Of a DNA stretch of 64,000 nt, positions 27,001 through 38,395 are shown one piece after another. The translations under genes and the position numbers were made by a program. The notes beneath the pieces were generated by a model, which saw nothing but the letters and a program-made list of their open reading frames with translations, had not been told where the DNA came from and made no database searches. Location of the stretch: NCBI RefSeq assembly GCF_037042905.1, contig NC_087253.1, positions 1,550,001-1,614,000 on the forward strand, written 5' to 3'. Numbering within the stretch: position 1 is the first letter of the stretch; every line of letters starts with the position of its first letter. The DNA is from Lytechinus pictus. Lineage: Eukaryota.

Positions 27001-30000
27001 GTAATAAAAACAGAAAGTAGCAAAAATATCAGCCGAAATGTCCTTGCTTCTGCCCTAGCCCACCTCCCCCTTCCTCCTCTCCTTTGATCTTATTTCCCTC
27101 TAACATTTATTCTATTATCTCTTAATTTAAAACTCTGCAATTATTATTTTACACCCCTATGAATGACTTTCATGTGTGATTGTCTCCGGATACCCCCTCT
27201 GATTCTTTGCCCCTCTCTTTTCATCCCTAAATCACGCCTTTATTCATATTTCCAGTCCCTAAGAATGTACATAAGCTTCCCATACCTTGTGTGTTTGTTG
27301 ATGACTGTACATTATTTGTGAATGTTGCTGAAGGGATAAACGGTTGTTGTGAAACTGCTACCACTGCAGGATCCATGTGTGGCGCTGCAAAATGAAATAA
27401 CAATAACAAGGGAAAATATTTGATTACTAGATAAAGATAAGTGCAGAGAAAAAAATGACACATATTTCCCATGAACAAGCTAAATCAATGAAAGCTTCTG
27501 AATGATAAATGCAATATAAGTTTGATGAGATAATCAATTTACGGTTGACAGTGAATTTGATTCAGATATTCAAAGCAAAACATGGTCCTTCGTTTTCTAC
27601 ATAAGTGTTAGGAGTTCAGCAATCTTGAAGAGAATATCCAAATACAATGTCATCCTGTCAAAGGGTCTTAATATATCATGAGAATGAATGGGACAGACAA
27701 ACAATCAGACGGACGGACCGACAGACAGTCAACATGAAAACATAATGCCTCGGGCACCACCCGCGGTGGGCAGGGGCATAAAAAAGCTGAAATCAGTCAA
27801 AGAGATGAACTCCAACACCCCTGATATGTGTAGATATTTACCAGATGACAAGTACTAGTTAAATATCAAAAGTGCCAAATTCCTCCACTAAATCCAATAT
27901 TCGAAGGAGCATTTCACGAAAGAAATAATGATATTCACTGACAATCATGCCCTGAGCCAATCAGATGCAAGGATTTCAGTAGCTTATAACAAATAGTCTG
28001 CGAAAATCACTATTTTTTTCATGAAAAGCTCCTCAGAACACTCTTGTAAATCTACTTACAATCGTAATCAAGCATGGAGTCTTGGACAAAGTTAAAGTTT
28101 CCCAGGACGGGGGCGAGCACCTCATTGACGTCATGATGCGTTGTTTGTTTAGGTGGAGGCATCTCAATTGGTTCTGGTGCTTGGGGAAGGTCATGAACTC
28201 TCGATGGTGCTGCCATCTCATTGAGCGTTTGCTGTTGTTGGTGCTGAGGCTCTGATGACATACTCTGCATTGGAGGAATCTGGAATATATGAGAAAGAGA
28301 GAAGAGCAGTAATCCCATGTTAATTCACCAAATTATTGAATACTTGTGACATCTTAAAATACAAATGAACAGGACCATGAATTTGACCAACTCCCCTAAA
28401 TATATCACTACACTTACAAAATATGTTGAAATTAAACATTTTCTTTTGTTGCCCCATGTATTGATATTTGTGTAAGTAGTGTAAAAAATTATTAATAAGT
28501 GCATATCTTCACTCTGAGTTTACAGTGCAAGTTCACACACAAATAACTTTTCAGGTAATTGTCGTGAATGAATACAAACTTACTTCACTTTGTGTTGACT
28601 GCATGCTAGGAGGCTGTTGCATCTGCTCTGATGTTACCCCAGTAAAGAAACTCTCTGACGGAGCTTCGTTCAAGGACTCAACAAACTCCTGCGTGTTCTC
28701 CTGGTATGTCTCCTCATACGTCTCCTCCTCCTCCTGGGCCTCATAGGCTGGTGCAGGAGCTGGAGCCGTTGCAGGAGCAGGCTCTTCTGCAACAGGTTCG
28801 GGTTCCTCAGGAGGAGCAGGGATGTTGTCCAGGTAATTACATTTGTGGATTCTCTGGACTAAGTGGAACAGTTCTTTGTCTGGTTATTGCAGGAGGAGTC
28901 AAGGAAGGTTTATGTATTCAAAGGAATGGATAATGCTGGTGATATTAATGATGGTGGTGAGTGGTGATATTTGTGATGATGATGGTGATTGTCAAGATGA
29001 TGGCAATGATGATGGTAATTGTCAAGATGATGGCAATGATGATGATGGTGGTAATTGTCCTGATGACGGAAATGATGATTGTGGTGATTGTCATGATCAT
29101 GGCAATGATGATGATAATGGTGGTGATTGTCATGATGATGGCAATGATGATGATGATGGCGATTGTCAAGATGATGGCAATGATGATGATGGTGGTGATT
29201 GTCAAGATGATGGCAATGATGATGATGGTGGTGATTGTCAAGATGGCAATGATGATGATGGTGGTGGTAATTGTCATTATGGCAATGATAATGATGGTGG
29301 TGGTAATTGTCATGATGAAGGCAATGATAATGATGGTGGTGGTAATTGTCATGATGGCAATGATGATGGCGGTGATTGTCATGATGATGGCAATGATGAT
29401 AATGGTGGTGATTGTCATGATGATGGCAATGATGATAATGGTGGTGATTGTCATGATGATGGAAATGATGATAATGGTGATTGTCATGATGGCAATGATG
29501 ATAATGGCGGTGATTGTCATGATGACGGCAATGATGATGATGATGATGGTGATTGTCATGATGATTGCAATGATGATGATGATGATGGTGATTGTCATGA
29601 TGGCAATAATGATGATGATGATGGTGGTTGTCATGATAGCAATAATGATGATGATGGCGGTGATTGTCATGATGGCAATAATGATGATGATGATGGAGAC
29701 ACGTGGTAAAGATCATGATGATAGTGGTGGACACGGCTGGCGGTCCTCGTGATGACAAAGATGATCAAAATATAGGTGATTATGGTGGTGATTGAGATCA
29801 TCATTGTGATGGTAAATGTAACAATCGGTAAGGTGAGTGATGGTGACGTAATAAGGTCTCGCACTATCGCTTTCTCAGATTCATTTTTGAAATGATACAG
29901 CTAAAAAGCTATTCTTCGTGTTGGGGGTTTCACAGAGTGACTGGTGATCCTTTTTATAAGCTAAATCTTTACCAATAAACGTATGATGTACATCATTTAC

Positions 30001-33000
30001 AAGAAAGGATCACCGGTCATTTTATTAAGTTGCTCAAAACTAACAAACAGCTTTACAATACATTGTCCTATCTCTTGCACAAAATATATTTACTCATCAT
30101 TGTTATCAAAATCATAATCATCATTATCAAGGATACATGTCGTTTGACAGACCTCCTTCTCATCCTCTTTCAAGTAGCTGTTTAGATGACTCGTTGCTAA
30201 CTCTAGCTTCTTATCAAAGCTGAAATGATAAAAGAGACAAAACCAATCAATATGTAGAAATGATTTTGCCCAATGAATTTTAAATCTATTTCAAGTTTCT
30301 TTCGTAAATCCCCCACCCCAAAACTGCAAGTCATCATTCCAATTTGTTACTAGATGAAATGGATATGTATATATATCATATAACAATTATGACATCATGG
30401 ATATGAAATAAAAATGTGTTTTATTGCAAAATAAGTTTGAGGTTTCATATTAGAAATTATCTGACCAATCAAAAGAAATATCTGCATATTTTTTTTCTTT
30501 TTCAAAATTAAATGACTTCTTAAGCACTGAATGGAGTGAGATTTTAGGATATAAAATAATCTGTTTGTAGTTTGTTTGATATCCAAGAACTACTGAGTTT
30601 GTAAGATAAGGGCCCAGAGCACTAAGACCCCAAAAACCATTTCCATGAGAGGGTGCCAGAAATTACCAATAATTGTCTTTCAGAATTCTAATTTTCACAA
30701 AGAATAACAGAACGCCACAGAGATCCACCAGTCACTATACTTTAGTAAGATCAGAAGCATTATTTGACACATAACCAAAGCTTTACACGTGCTTCCATAT
30801 AAGAATTGTTGTTCTAAATTACCTTAGATTCTCCTCCTCAACATCTTCTTCTTCTGATTCTCTTGAAATATTAACCAGTTTGAAGAACTCATCTAGATGA
30901 TCCAGCTCTTCTTCATGAAGACTCTATATATCAATAAAATTAATGGATATTCACAAGTTTCTGACCAATATCAACATTCTATTCTATGACATTTAGAGAT
31001 AAATGCCAGTCATGGTAATGATTTCAAAATGAGTTCACACAGAGTCCAATCAAATGACCACTGACGTGTTTGTATGTGTAAAGTCAAATAATATGTGACA
31101 AATGATTCTGAAAGAAAATGTGTAATTGCTGAGAAATTAGCAAAATAAGCATGGAAATCTAGCCGGATGTCAGGTCATTTACCAAGCAATGATAATACAC
31201 TGTCCCACATGTGCTTACCTGTGTTGGTGATCTTCAGTATAATTGTTCTCTGCTAATATATAAAGATTTCATGATTTCACAAAGTTCAGTTTATGTAACT
31301 GTACCAGATTTAGATCCACGATGATATAGTGACAATTAAACTTGGTTTTACAGATTTTCTCATGAAGTCAGTTTTTACAGCAATTACATTCCTTAACTTT
31401 AATACGAGACCCAAAATTCATTGTACCAAAGTAACATTAAAATGAGGTCACAATGATGGTTTGAATCTCTTCCTTCACACGATTGGAAACTCACCAAGGC
31501 TCCGTTTGTCCCAGCAAGGAAATCTGCCCTAATATGAGGTTGGCCCATATTGAAGAGTACATCCTGCAGTAAGAGAACATCCGATATCCTTCCAAGTTCT
31601 TGCTCATGTTTCTGCTGTTTCTCTCTTTTTGCTTCCCTCTTCTGCGCCTTCGTTGCCTGTAAATAGAGGTAAAATACAGACATGAGAGTCACATGCCTTG
31701 CACACAGAAATGCATGCATGGGACTACACAAAAATGGAGTGGCAAAGTGTATTAGCTATATTATGTGAGGAGCTTTACTAAAAAGATGGATTATGATAAC
31801 AAATGTTTTGGTCATTTGGGGGTTTGTGCAGGGTAGGGTGGGGGGGTGTTTGAAACGGGATTTTAAATGCATTTTAAAGCAAAATGTTCTTATTGTGCCA
31901 GACCTACTATATAAAGTCAATTAAGTATGAAACAGGATTTTTGAGAGGGGGGGGGGGGGTTCGGGTTTAATGAAAATTTGAAAAGGAAAAAAAAAGGGTT
32001 TTCACCCAATTGATTTTTTTTTTGATAATTGACGAGCAAAACAAAAAAAATCCAAAAAAAATCTAGGGGGGGTGAACCCCTGTACCCCCCCCCCCCCCTG
32101 CATACGTGCCTGGTATGAAGAAACCCTAAAAATGTTTCAGAATTACTCTGTCCATATCGGGGATTTAAAATGAACCAGCTGAACTCTGGATCTTATAGGG
32201 AAAGGTCCCTTAATCATGAGACAGGATACAGGAAGGATATAAAGAGTTTTGAGAATGTAACAGATTTTGTAATTTTTAAGGTTAAATTCAGTAAATTATC
32301 AACAGAATACACATTAAAAACAAACATTTCTTCTACAAATTTTCTCAACACATCCTAGTATGTTTTTGTGGAAAGCTAAATGTACATATTCAATCTATTC
32401 TATCAAGGTTATCCAAAGAAACAGAAAAAGATGACCACTGTAGACAGGTGAGTGACCTTTATATTCAGGTTCTTCAACACACAGCCCTTTCAAATGGGAG
32501 ACAATTTTTTGTGGCAACTAAAGACAGGTTTGACTGTATCCCGTGCGATCTCTCTCTCTCTCTCTCTTTCCAAGGATGCTCAATCGTTAATGTTATGATT
32601 TCCTGATTTGGCTACCATCCTATTTCGATGAGTTCTACATTGTAAGGGGAAAGCAGGAAGTGCTTTACCTGAATACAATGCACATACATCTACATGTATA
32701 GACCAGTGTACATGTAAACCTAATGGCTATGTTTCTATTACATTAAGATTAAACAATAAGGCCTATTAAAGGCATCGGGGCAATTCCATAAAATATGTAC
32801 GTCTCACCCCCTATATGTGGGACCTTCATGAAATTTTCTGTCTCTGATTTCTTGTTCTTTTGAAAGTCTGTAATGTTCTCAAAGGACCATGACTTGGTCA
32901 GTTTATGAAGTGAAGAAAAACTTGAGAAAAATGGGGGTTGGATGCACAAAAAAAGGTTGATCATTTTATGGAATTTCCCATTGGTCAATATTTGAATGTA

Positions 33001-36000
33001 AAAAAAAAAGGAAATCTGAGCTAAAAGTAAAAGGTCCTTTTGGTATGTGTGCCTGTCATATATGTTGTAAAAATGAAACCCTGAAAAAAATCGCCCCTCA
33101 AAATCATTTTATAGCGTTTCAATAGGAATTGAAATATTAAGTGACCAGAAACACCATCCAAATTTTGTTGAATATACTTCATGTGGTTGTACTTAGAATC
33201 TCAAGCATTGAAATTAGATATTGATTGTTCAGTCATAGATATCTTAAAAGTCTCTGCACAAATTCAATTTTCTTTTGTCCTATAAGTGTATTAAGGATGT
33301 TCGTTTTATATTGAAAAAAATATCAAAGTTCAGGAATCTTTTTGAAGAGTTTTGTTATGGTATCCAGTAATGTATACATGTTTGTATTACACCAAACCAA
33401 AACAGTACACTCAAAGATAAGTTTTGTGATTGTGACTTGGTAAATTTGAACTTTACAAGGAAATGTATGAAAGTGAATAATGCAATGTTGTACATGTACA
33501 TGCTGTAAGGTGTTTGACACACCAAAATGAATGATATTGACTCAATTATGCAGTCATGCCACACTGTAGTGACTACAGACAAAGGTGACACAAATATTCA
33601 GTCTAAAATTTCAGTTTGTCTTGGCAAAATTTATCAGTAGTCTGTTAATCTTTAAAGTTTTCGTTAAATCCTTTAAAGTTTTTCTTAAAACTTTGCTACA
33701 ATGTACATCTCGTGTTTCATATTTTCTTTGATGTTATTCTATTGGTCATTGAGTTTGACTAATAATGCAACTTTCAACAATATTAATAACCTTGTACAGA
33801 ATATATATATATATACAATATATATATTTCATTTTTATTTATCTAATTTACTACAGTTCCTGAAAGGCATTATGATTCCAAGCATTACACTTCCTTATCA
33901 TCTCATATATCAACTCTGAGAAAAGAACAATAAACACACTCATGTAGAAATAGAATACAACATCTGAACATGGAAACATTCAGGGTCAGGGGTTAAAGGT
34001 CAAGGGTGAATACAGCACACTTCCTTAACTGCATCGACTCAGAGAAAAGGACATACTCATACAGAATACAACATCTGAACATGGAAATATTCAGGGTCAG
34101 GGGTTAAAGGTCAAAGGGCAAGGGTGCAAGCCTTTTAAAAAACGGCAAACCTCCCTACCTGCATCGACTCGGAGAAAAGAACATTGCACTTACTCATGTA
34201 GAATATAACACCCAACCTTGAAAACATTCAGGGTCAGGGGTTAAAGGTCAAAGGGCAAGGGGTCAAGCCTACCTCATTGAGGATGGTGGTGAACTGCTTG
34301 GAGAGTTCTTTAGCAAACTCCAGCGACGCACCAACTTCCTCAAAGTGTGAAACAGCTTCCTCCTGGTCCTTATTTAGACCCTTTCCATCCGTTACCATCT
34401 CACGGTAGCCATCTAGTTTGGTCTGTGGGAAGAATAAGAAATACATGTAATACACTCCATTTATTAAAGAACATGGCCTGGAGTCTTAAGTCGGGTTTAA
34501 CTAAGGAAATGGTCTAACTCTGTGATAAAATTATGGGAAGCAAAGGACGTCTAAAGTTTGTTTTCATTGATGTCTCTTCTGTGCTTTAATTCTTTAATTG
34601 TGAAGACAACTATCTCATTTCTCATTCTCAGACAGTTGAGAACAATTTGAGAGTCAAGTGGGCTCATACATTAAAGGTATTGTTTAACTTTGTGAGCAGC
34701 CGATTAAAAAAATTCTGAAACCAATATGAAACATGTGTACAAGTGCATGTATTAGAACTAATAAACCCTGGAAACAACCATTATTGAGAATGAAAAGCTA
34801 AAACTACAAGGCAAACCCCGATTTTGTAAAAAGGCGTCTTATAGACGCCTAAATAGTACACATAAGTGTATGGGATGAAATTAAGATGGTGTTTCTGGTC
34901 ACTTTATATTTCAATTTTTGAAGCACTAAATAATTATTTTAGAACGCAATTTTTTCTGGGCTTCATTTTTGTAACATATCACAGACACAGGTGACAAGTG
35001 TGACCTTCTAGCTCAGATTTTTTAAAAGTCAAACCAATGTTAACCAATCACTTTAAACCTCTACTTCTGGAGATTTAGGTCACAATTGGCTTTCCATAGC
35101 TAAACCACAACTTTAGAACAGAGTTGAAATTAAATCCGACTTTAGAATACGGGCCCATGTCAGCATGATACAAAAACACATGTAAAAATAATAGTAGAAA
35201 GTACATAGCGCTTTTTGCCAAAGAATACAAAGCACAACTATTGTTACCCTGGCTAAGCTTCTACTACCACTTTATCAACACACTCAGAGTTAGTTTGTAT
35301 TTTTACTTCAATTCAGTTGACTTTGAAGGTACCTGTAGGCCAATTTGTACCTCCTGAGAGGGGGGGGGGGGTCTTTGTTGTGTGTAATAATGTGACTGCC
35401 AATGTGTGTTGTGGGTAGATATTTTTGCTGGCATGTGATTAGTCATACATGTTTATTGATGATTCATGATGCCATTCAATTGGTGGGCAATCATTAGGTA
35501 CTACCATCGTTTTCTTTCATGCTCTACTAAACAGCAGACATTAAGATATCAGGGAGCTTTCGCAGCCGTGGAGGGGGGGGGGTAAACAATGAAAAAATAA
35601 TGGGGGCTTGAACGATTTCACCTCAAAAATGCTCAAGAGCCCTGAAAACTGAATGATGTCATGTCCCTACTTTTCTTTTTCTTATAATCATGAAATCAAA
35701 ATTATTTGAGATTTTTTCAAATATGGGTGTACATGATGTCTCCCTTTAACAAAATAAGTTGGATATATCATGAATATCTTGTGCATTGAATCAGTTGTCA
35801 ATCCAAACAGGAAAATAATTGAATGAATGCAATTTCATATAATACCAAAAAAAATTGTGAATATCATCGTCAGCTGGCTCATTGTATATTCATGAAGACA
35901 TGCATAGAACTGTTGTACTGAAATAAAGAAAAGCTTTAAAATATAACATTGGTCAATTCCTAGTCTGATTTTGATTTGATGAAATTTTCAGCGATTTTAT

Positions 36001-37350
36001 TTGTCTGATTTTACTCTTTTCTTTTTAAACCAAATTGTTTTCAGCCAGGAGGACCCCTTTAACCTGTACCTAAAACAAGGGGTTGATCCATGATTTTCCT
36101 GAAAGGGGGGGGGGAAGGGATTTTTGATGCCCACAATCAAACTGAAGGGGCCATTCAACTATCATGACATGAAACCCCACTCATTCCTGATCACTAGATC
36201 GGTGGGGGGTGGGATAGGATCTTGGTTGAAAGGAGCAGCATTATATCGACGTTGTGAGGAAGGGGTAAATGTAGCCAGGAGGCTTCTAGAGAGTAAAAAT
36301 CACTTACTAACGTAGGCTTACTCTCAATGAAGCCAGGTCTTCCTTCTCATTCACCTACACGAAGGACCCCAAAACCTGAAACTTTCACCCCCGAGATTTC
36401 TACTTTCCTTCCAAAAGATTTAGCCCTAAATCATGTACATGGGATAAAACTTAATTTCTACGCTCTCGTTGTTATTTTTAAACAAGAATTCATCAAAAAA
36501 ATGAGAAAAATATTGTGAAAAGACGGAAGAGACTTGCCCGATGTTTACGCCGCCATCTTGTTTCCTATTGTTCTTCGCCAACGTTACAGACGCGTGCGTT
36601 GCGTAAATGGGAAAAGCGTAAACAACACAATGTGCAGTCATGGTGGGATGAGCGTGATCCTAATTAAAGTAACACTCCAGTGGCACGCGGACTATTTAAT
36701 GTCGCCCTTGCCTTGGACAATATTTTTTGCTGCAAATGTTTCATGACTCCCAGTACTCAGTAGGCCTAATAAAAAAGGGTTCATTTATATCCCGCCCGAT
36801 CCAATCTGAAGGTTAGCCAAATCATGGACAGAGGTTACTTTAACGTAGATAAGCGTTTGTTGCATGATCATTAGGCCTATTTAAATAAATTTATTTTGGT
36901 GAATTTAATTTTGTGAATTTAATTTTATTTTTAATCTAAAATTATGTTGTGACTTGTGTCCACACATTAATTGAATCTACACACCTAGCCTATCAACGCA
37001 ACAATATTATAATCATTCACTCAAACATACAAAGAAAGATCACCATCATAAATTCAACAGACTAAGTTATTCTTTAGCTTTTTTATGTACAAAGCAGTGC
37101 ACCACACAAACACAGACCTTCAGTGTCATGCGCGTGCGCAACGGTACAAAATCATAGAAATGAATGAACGAACACTCGACAATAAAAATGGCTAAACTTC
37201 GCTATAACATAAAAATTCAACAAATGTGCTCACCTTTCTCTTCTCTAGATTCCTGATCTTCTTGTCGATCACCCCGACAAGTTGTTTGACAGTATCTTGC
37301 CCCTCCAAAGGGGTGGTTTGGGGCGCGGGTTTTGACGAAGCAGCGGGCAT
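18046..37350 (-). CDS. CAPRIN1: Caprin (caprin-1/2 family RNA-granule protein), 15 coding exons, ~813 aa
   Basis: Exons 37350-37234, 34422-34273, 31656-31495, 30923-30823, 30219-30137, 28879-28584, 28279-28060, 27384-27286, 26885-26545, 23601-23511, 21902-21786, 21513-21262, 20015-19860, 19197-19030 and 18134-18046 total 2442 nt with consistent phases. Motifs: VIDKKIRNLEKRK, LNKDQEEAV, GNFNFVQDSMLD, MDPAVV, MNASAPPFQ, C-terminal RGG boxes. Confidence 0.93.
20383..21137. mobile_element. Non-autonomous piggyBac-type element
   Basis: TTAA|CCCTAAATAGACTGGG ... CCCAGTCTTTTTAGGG|TTAA. A 5' fragment of the same family lies at ~18497-18660. Confidence 0.88.
21633..21858. repeat. 117-bp-period tandem duplication of the 3' half of caprin exon 11 and its splice donor
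   Basis: 21633-21741 is nearly identical to 21751-21858; donors are GTGAGT (after 21786) and GTTAGT (after 21669). Confidence 0.9.
24013..25499. mobile_element. piggyBac-type element (same family as 20383-21137, opposite orientation, right end damaged), interrupted by 24585-25353
   Basis: Starts TTAA|CCCTAAGAAGACTGGG; matches the reverse complement of 20383-21137 on both sides of the inner insertion. Confidence 0.8.
24585..25353. mobile_element. piggyBac-type element inserted at an internal TTAA
   Basis: TTAA|CCCTAATTCTCCCGGG ... CCCGGGAGATTGAGGG|TTAA. Confidence 0.88.
28945..29700. repeat. (GAT)-derived minisatellite, ~27-36-bp unit GATTGTCATGATGATGGCAATGATGATGATGGTGGT, in caprin intron 5
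   Basis: Visible tandem structure lying between phase-compatible caprin exons 30137 and 28879. Confidence 0.9.
30993..31402. mobile_element. Non-autonomous DNA transposon (Kolobok-like); same family as 56604-56998
   Basis: Shared internal sequence, e.g. GATTTCACAAAGTTCAGTTTATGTAACTGTACCAGAT; degenerate TTAA-flanked ends. Confidence 0.65.
33935..34262. repeat. ~3-copy tandem repeat (111-137-bp period) containing CAGGGTCAGGGGTTAAAGGTCA, next to the caprin exon 2 donor
   Basis: Motif at ~33981, ~34092 and ~34229. Confidence 0.8.
34475..35155. mobile_element. PIF/Harbinger-like MITE (CAT TSD) with a TTAA-flanked element nested at 34675-35052
   Basis: Outer ends match the 5311-5626 family; inner element TTAA|AGGTATTGTTTAAC ... 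GTTAACCAATCACT|TTAA. Confidence 0.7.
36272..36620. mobile_element. Truncated copy of the TIR element at 50522-51321
   Basis: About 330 bp of high similarity to 50550-50890 (AGAGAGTAAAAATCA.TTACTAACGTA...; GAAGAGACTTGCCCGATGTTTACGCCGCC). Confidence 0.8.
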
Positions 37351-37760
37351 TTTATGCTCGTAGAACACGATTCATCCGTTGCACTGTTATTTAGCATGCA
37401 TCACGTTTTCAACGCAATCCCAATTGCATTCACGTGGTTTGGCCGGAGAGCGTTGTCACACCTTAATCAATACACCATCAAAATATATCCCACAGTGCAA
37501 TATAATTTCTAACTATAAATTTCAATTTTTTCATTGCAAATTATTTTTCATATTTTAGAGTAAAATATTTTATGATAATAAACTTAACTTTTGCTCATTA
37601 TATTGATTAATTAATCGTTTCACTTTGGAAAAAATCATGGAAATGCTCAATCATTACAACGACTCTTCAGCGGTAATATGAAAAAGGTACACGATGACGT
37701 CATATTTAAAGTCCAATCTCGTTTCGCTTTATTCCTCTGCCAACGGCACTGAGGGAGCGA
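37351..37760 (-). promoter_or_regulatory. Probable caprin 5'UTR/promoter region
   Basis: Lies directly upstream of the ATG; CACGTG E-box at 37431-37436 and perfect CRE TGACGTCA at 37695-37702. TSS not determinable. Confidence 0.45.
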
Positions 37761-38044
37761 ATATGGTCATCCGTTTGCTGGTCCTTTTGTGATGACGAAT
37801 TCTAAGATTAAGAAAATGAATAATTTTACGAATATCTAACGACGTGGAGTTGGCTGGTCCTTTCCCTTCAAATGAATACAACAATGATCAAAGTGCTTTA
37901 TTTTTAAGTTCGTATGCAGGGTCAGACGAAATATTACAAGGGCTCCGGGCGATCAAAAGGGCGTGGCCGCGGCTGCCCCCGGCCCTCTCCCTCATATGGA
38001 TCCTGAAAAAAAATCTTGCTTGCGTACATTATGTATATATAAAT

Positions 38045-38395
38045 ATTTTCTTTCTCTTTCGTACTTTTTCTTTCTTTCGTTCTTTTTCTTTCTTATTTTC
38101 TTCCCCCTTCGAAGTCTTTTTTTTTTCTTAATTTCTTTTGATCTTATAATTCTTATTTAATTTCTTTGTTTTTTCTTTATTTCTTCACGTTCTTTCTTTC
38201 TTTCTCTCTCTCTCTCTCCCTCTCTCTCCCTCCATCTTTCTTTCTTTCTTTCTTTTCTTTCTTTATATTTCGCTCTTTCTTTATTTTTCTTTCTTTAGTT
38301 TACTTATTTTTCTTTCCTTATAGTTTCTTTCTTTCTTTTTTCTGTCTTTATTCAGTTTATTTCTTTCTTTCTCTTTCTTTCTTTTATTTTCTTTG
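38045..38395. repeat. CT-rich low-complexity tract
   Basis: (TTTC)n/(TC)n runs. Confidence 0.85.

Noticed and set aside
28843-29864. Four long overlapping ORFs (Asp/Gly/Cys-rich, His-rich, Ile/Thr-rich, Met/Val-rich) suggesting a metal-binding or biomineral protein
   Set aside because: All arise from a stop-poor GAT minisatellite inside caprin intron 5; the flanking caprin exons join in phase without it.
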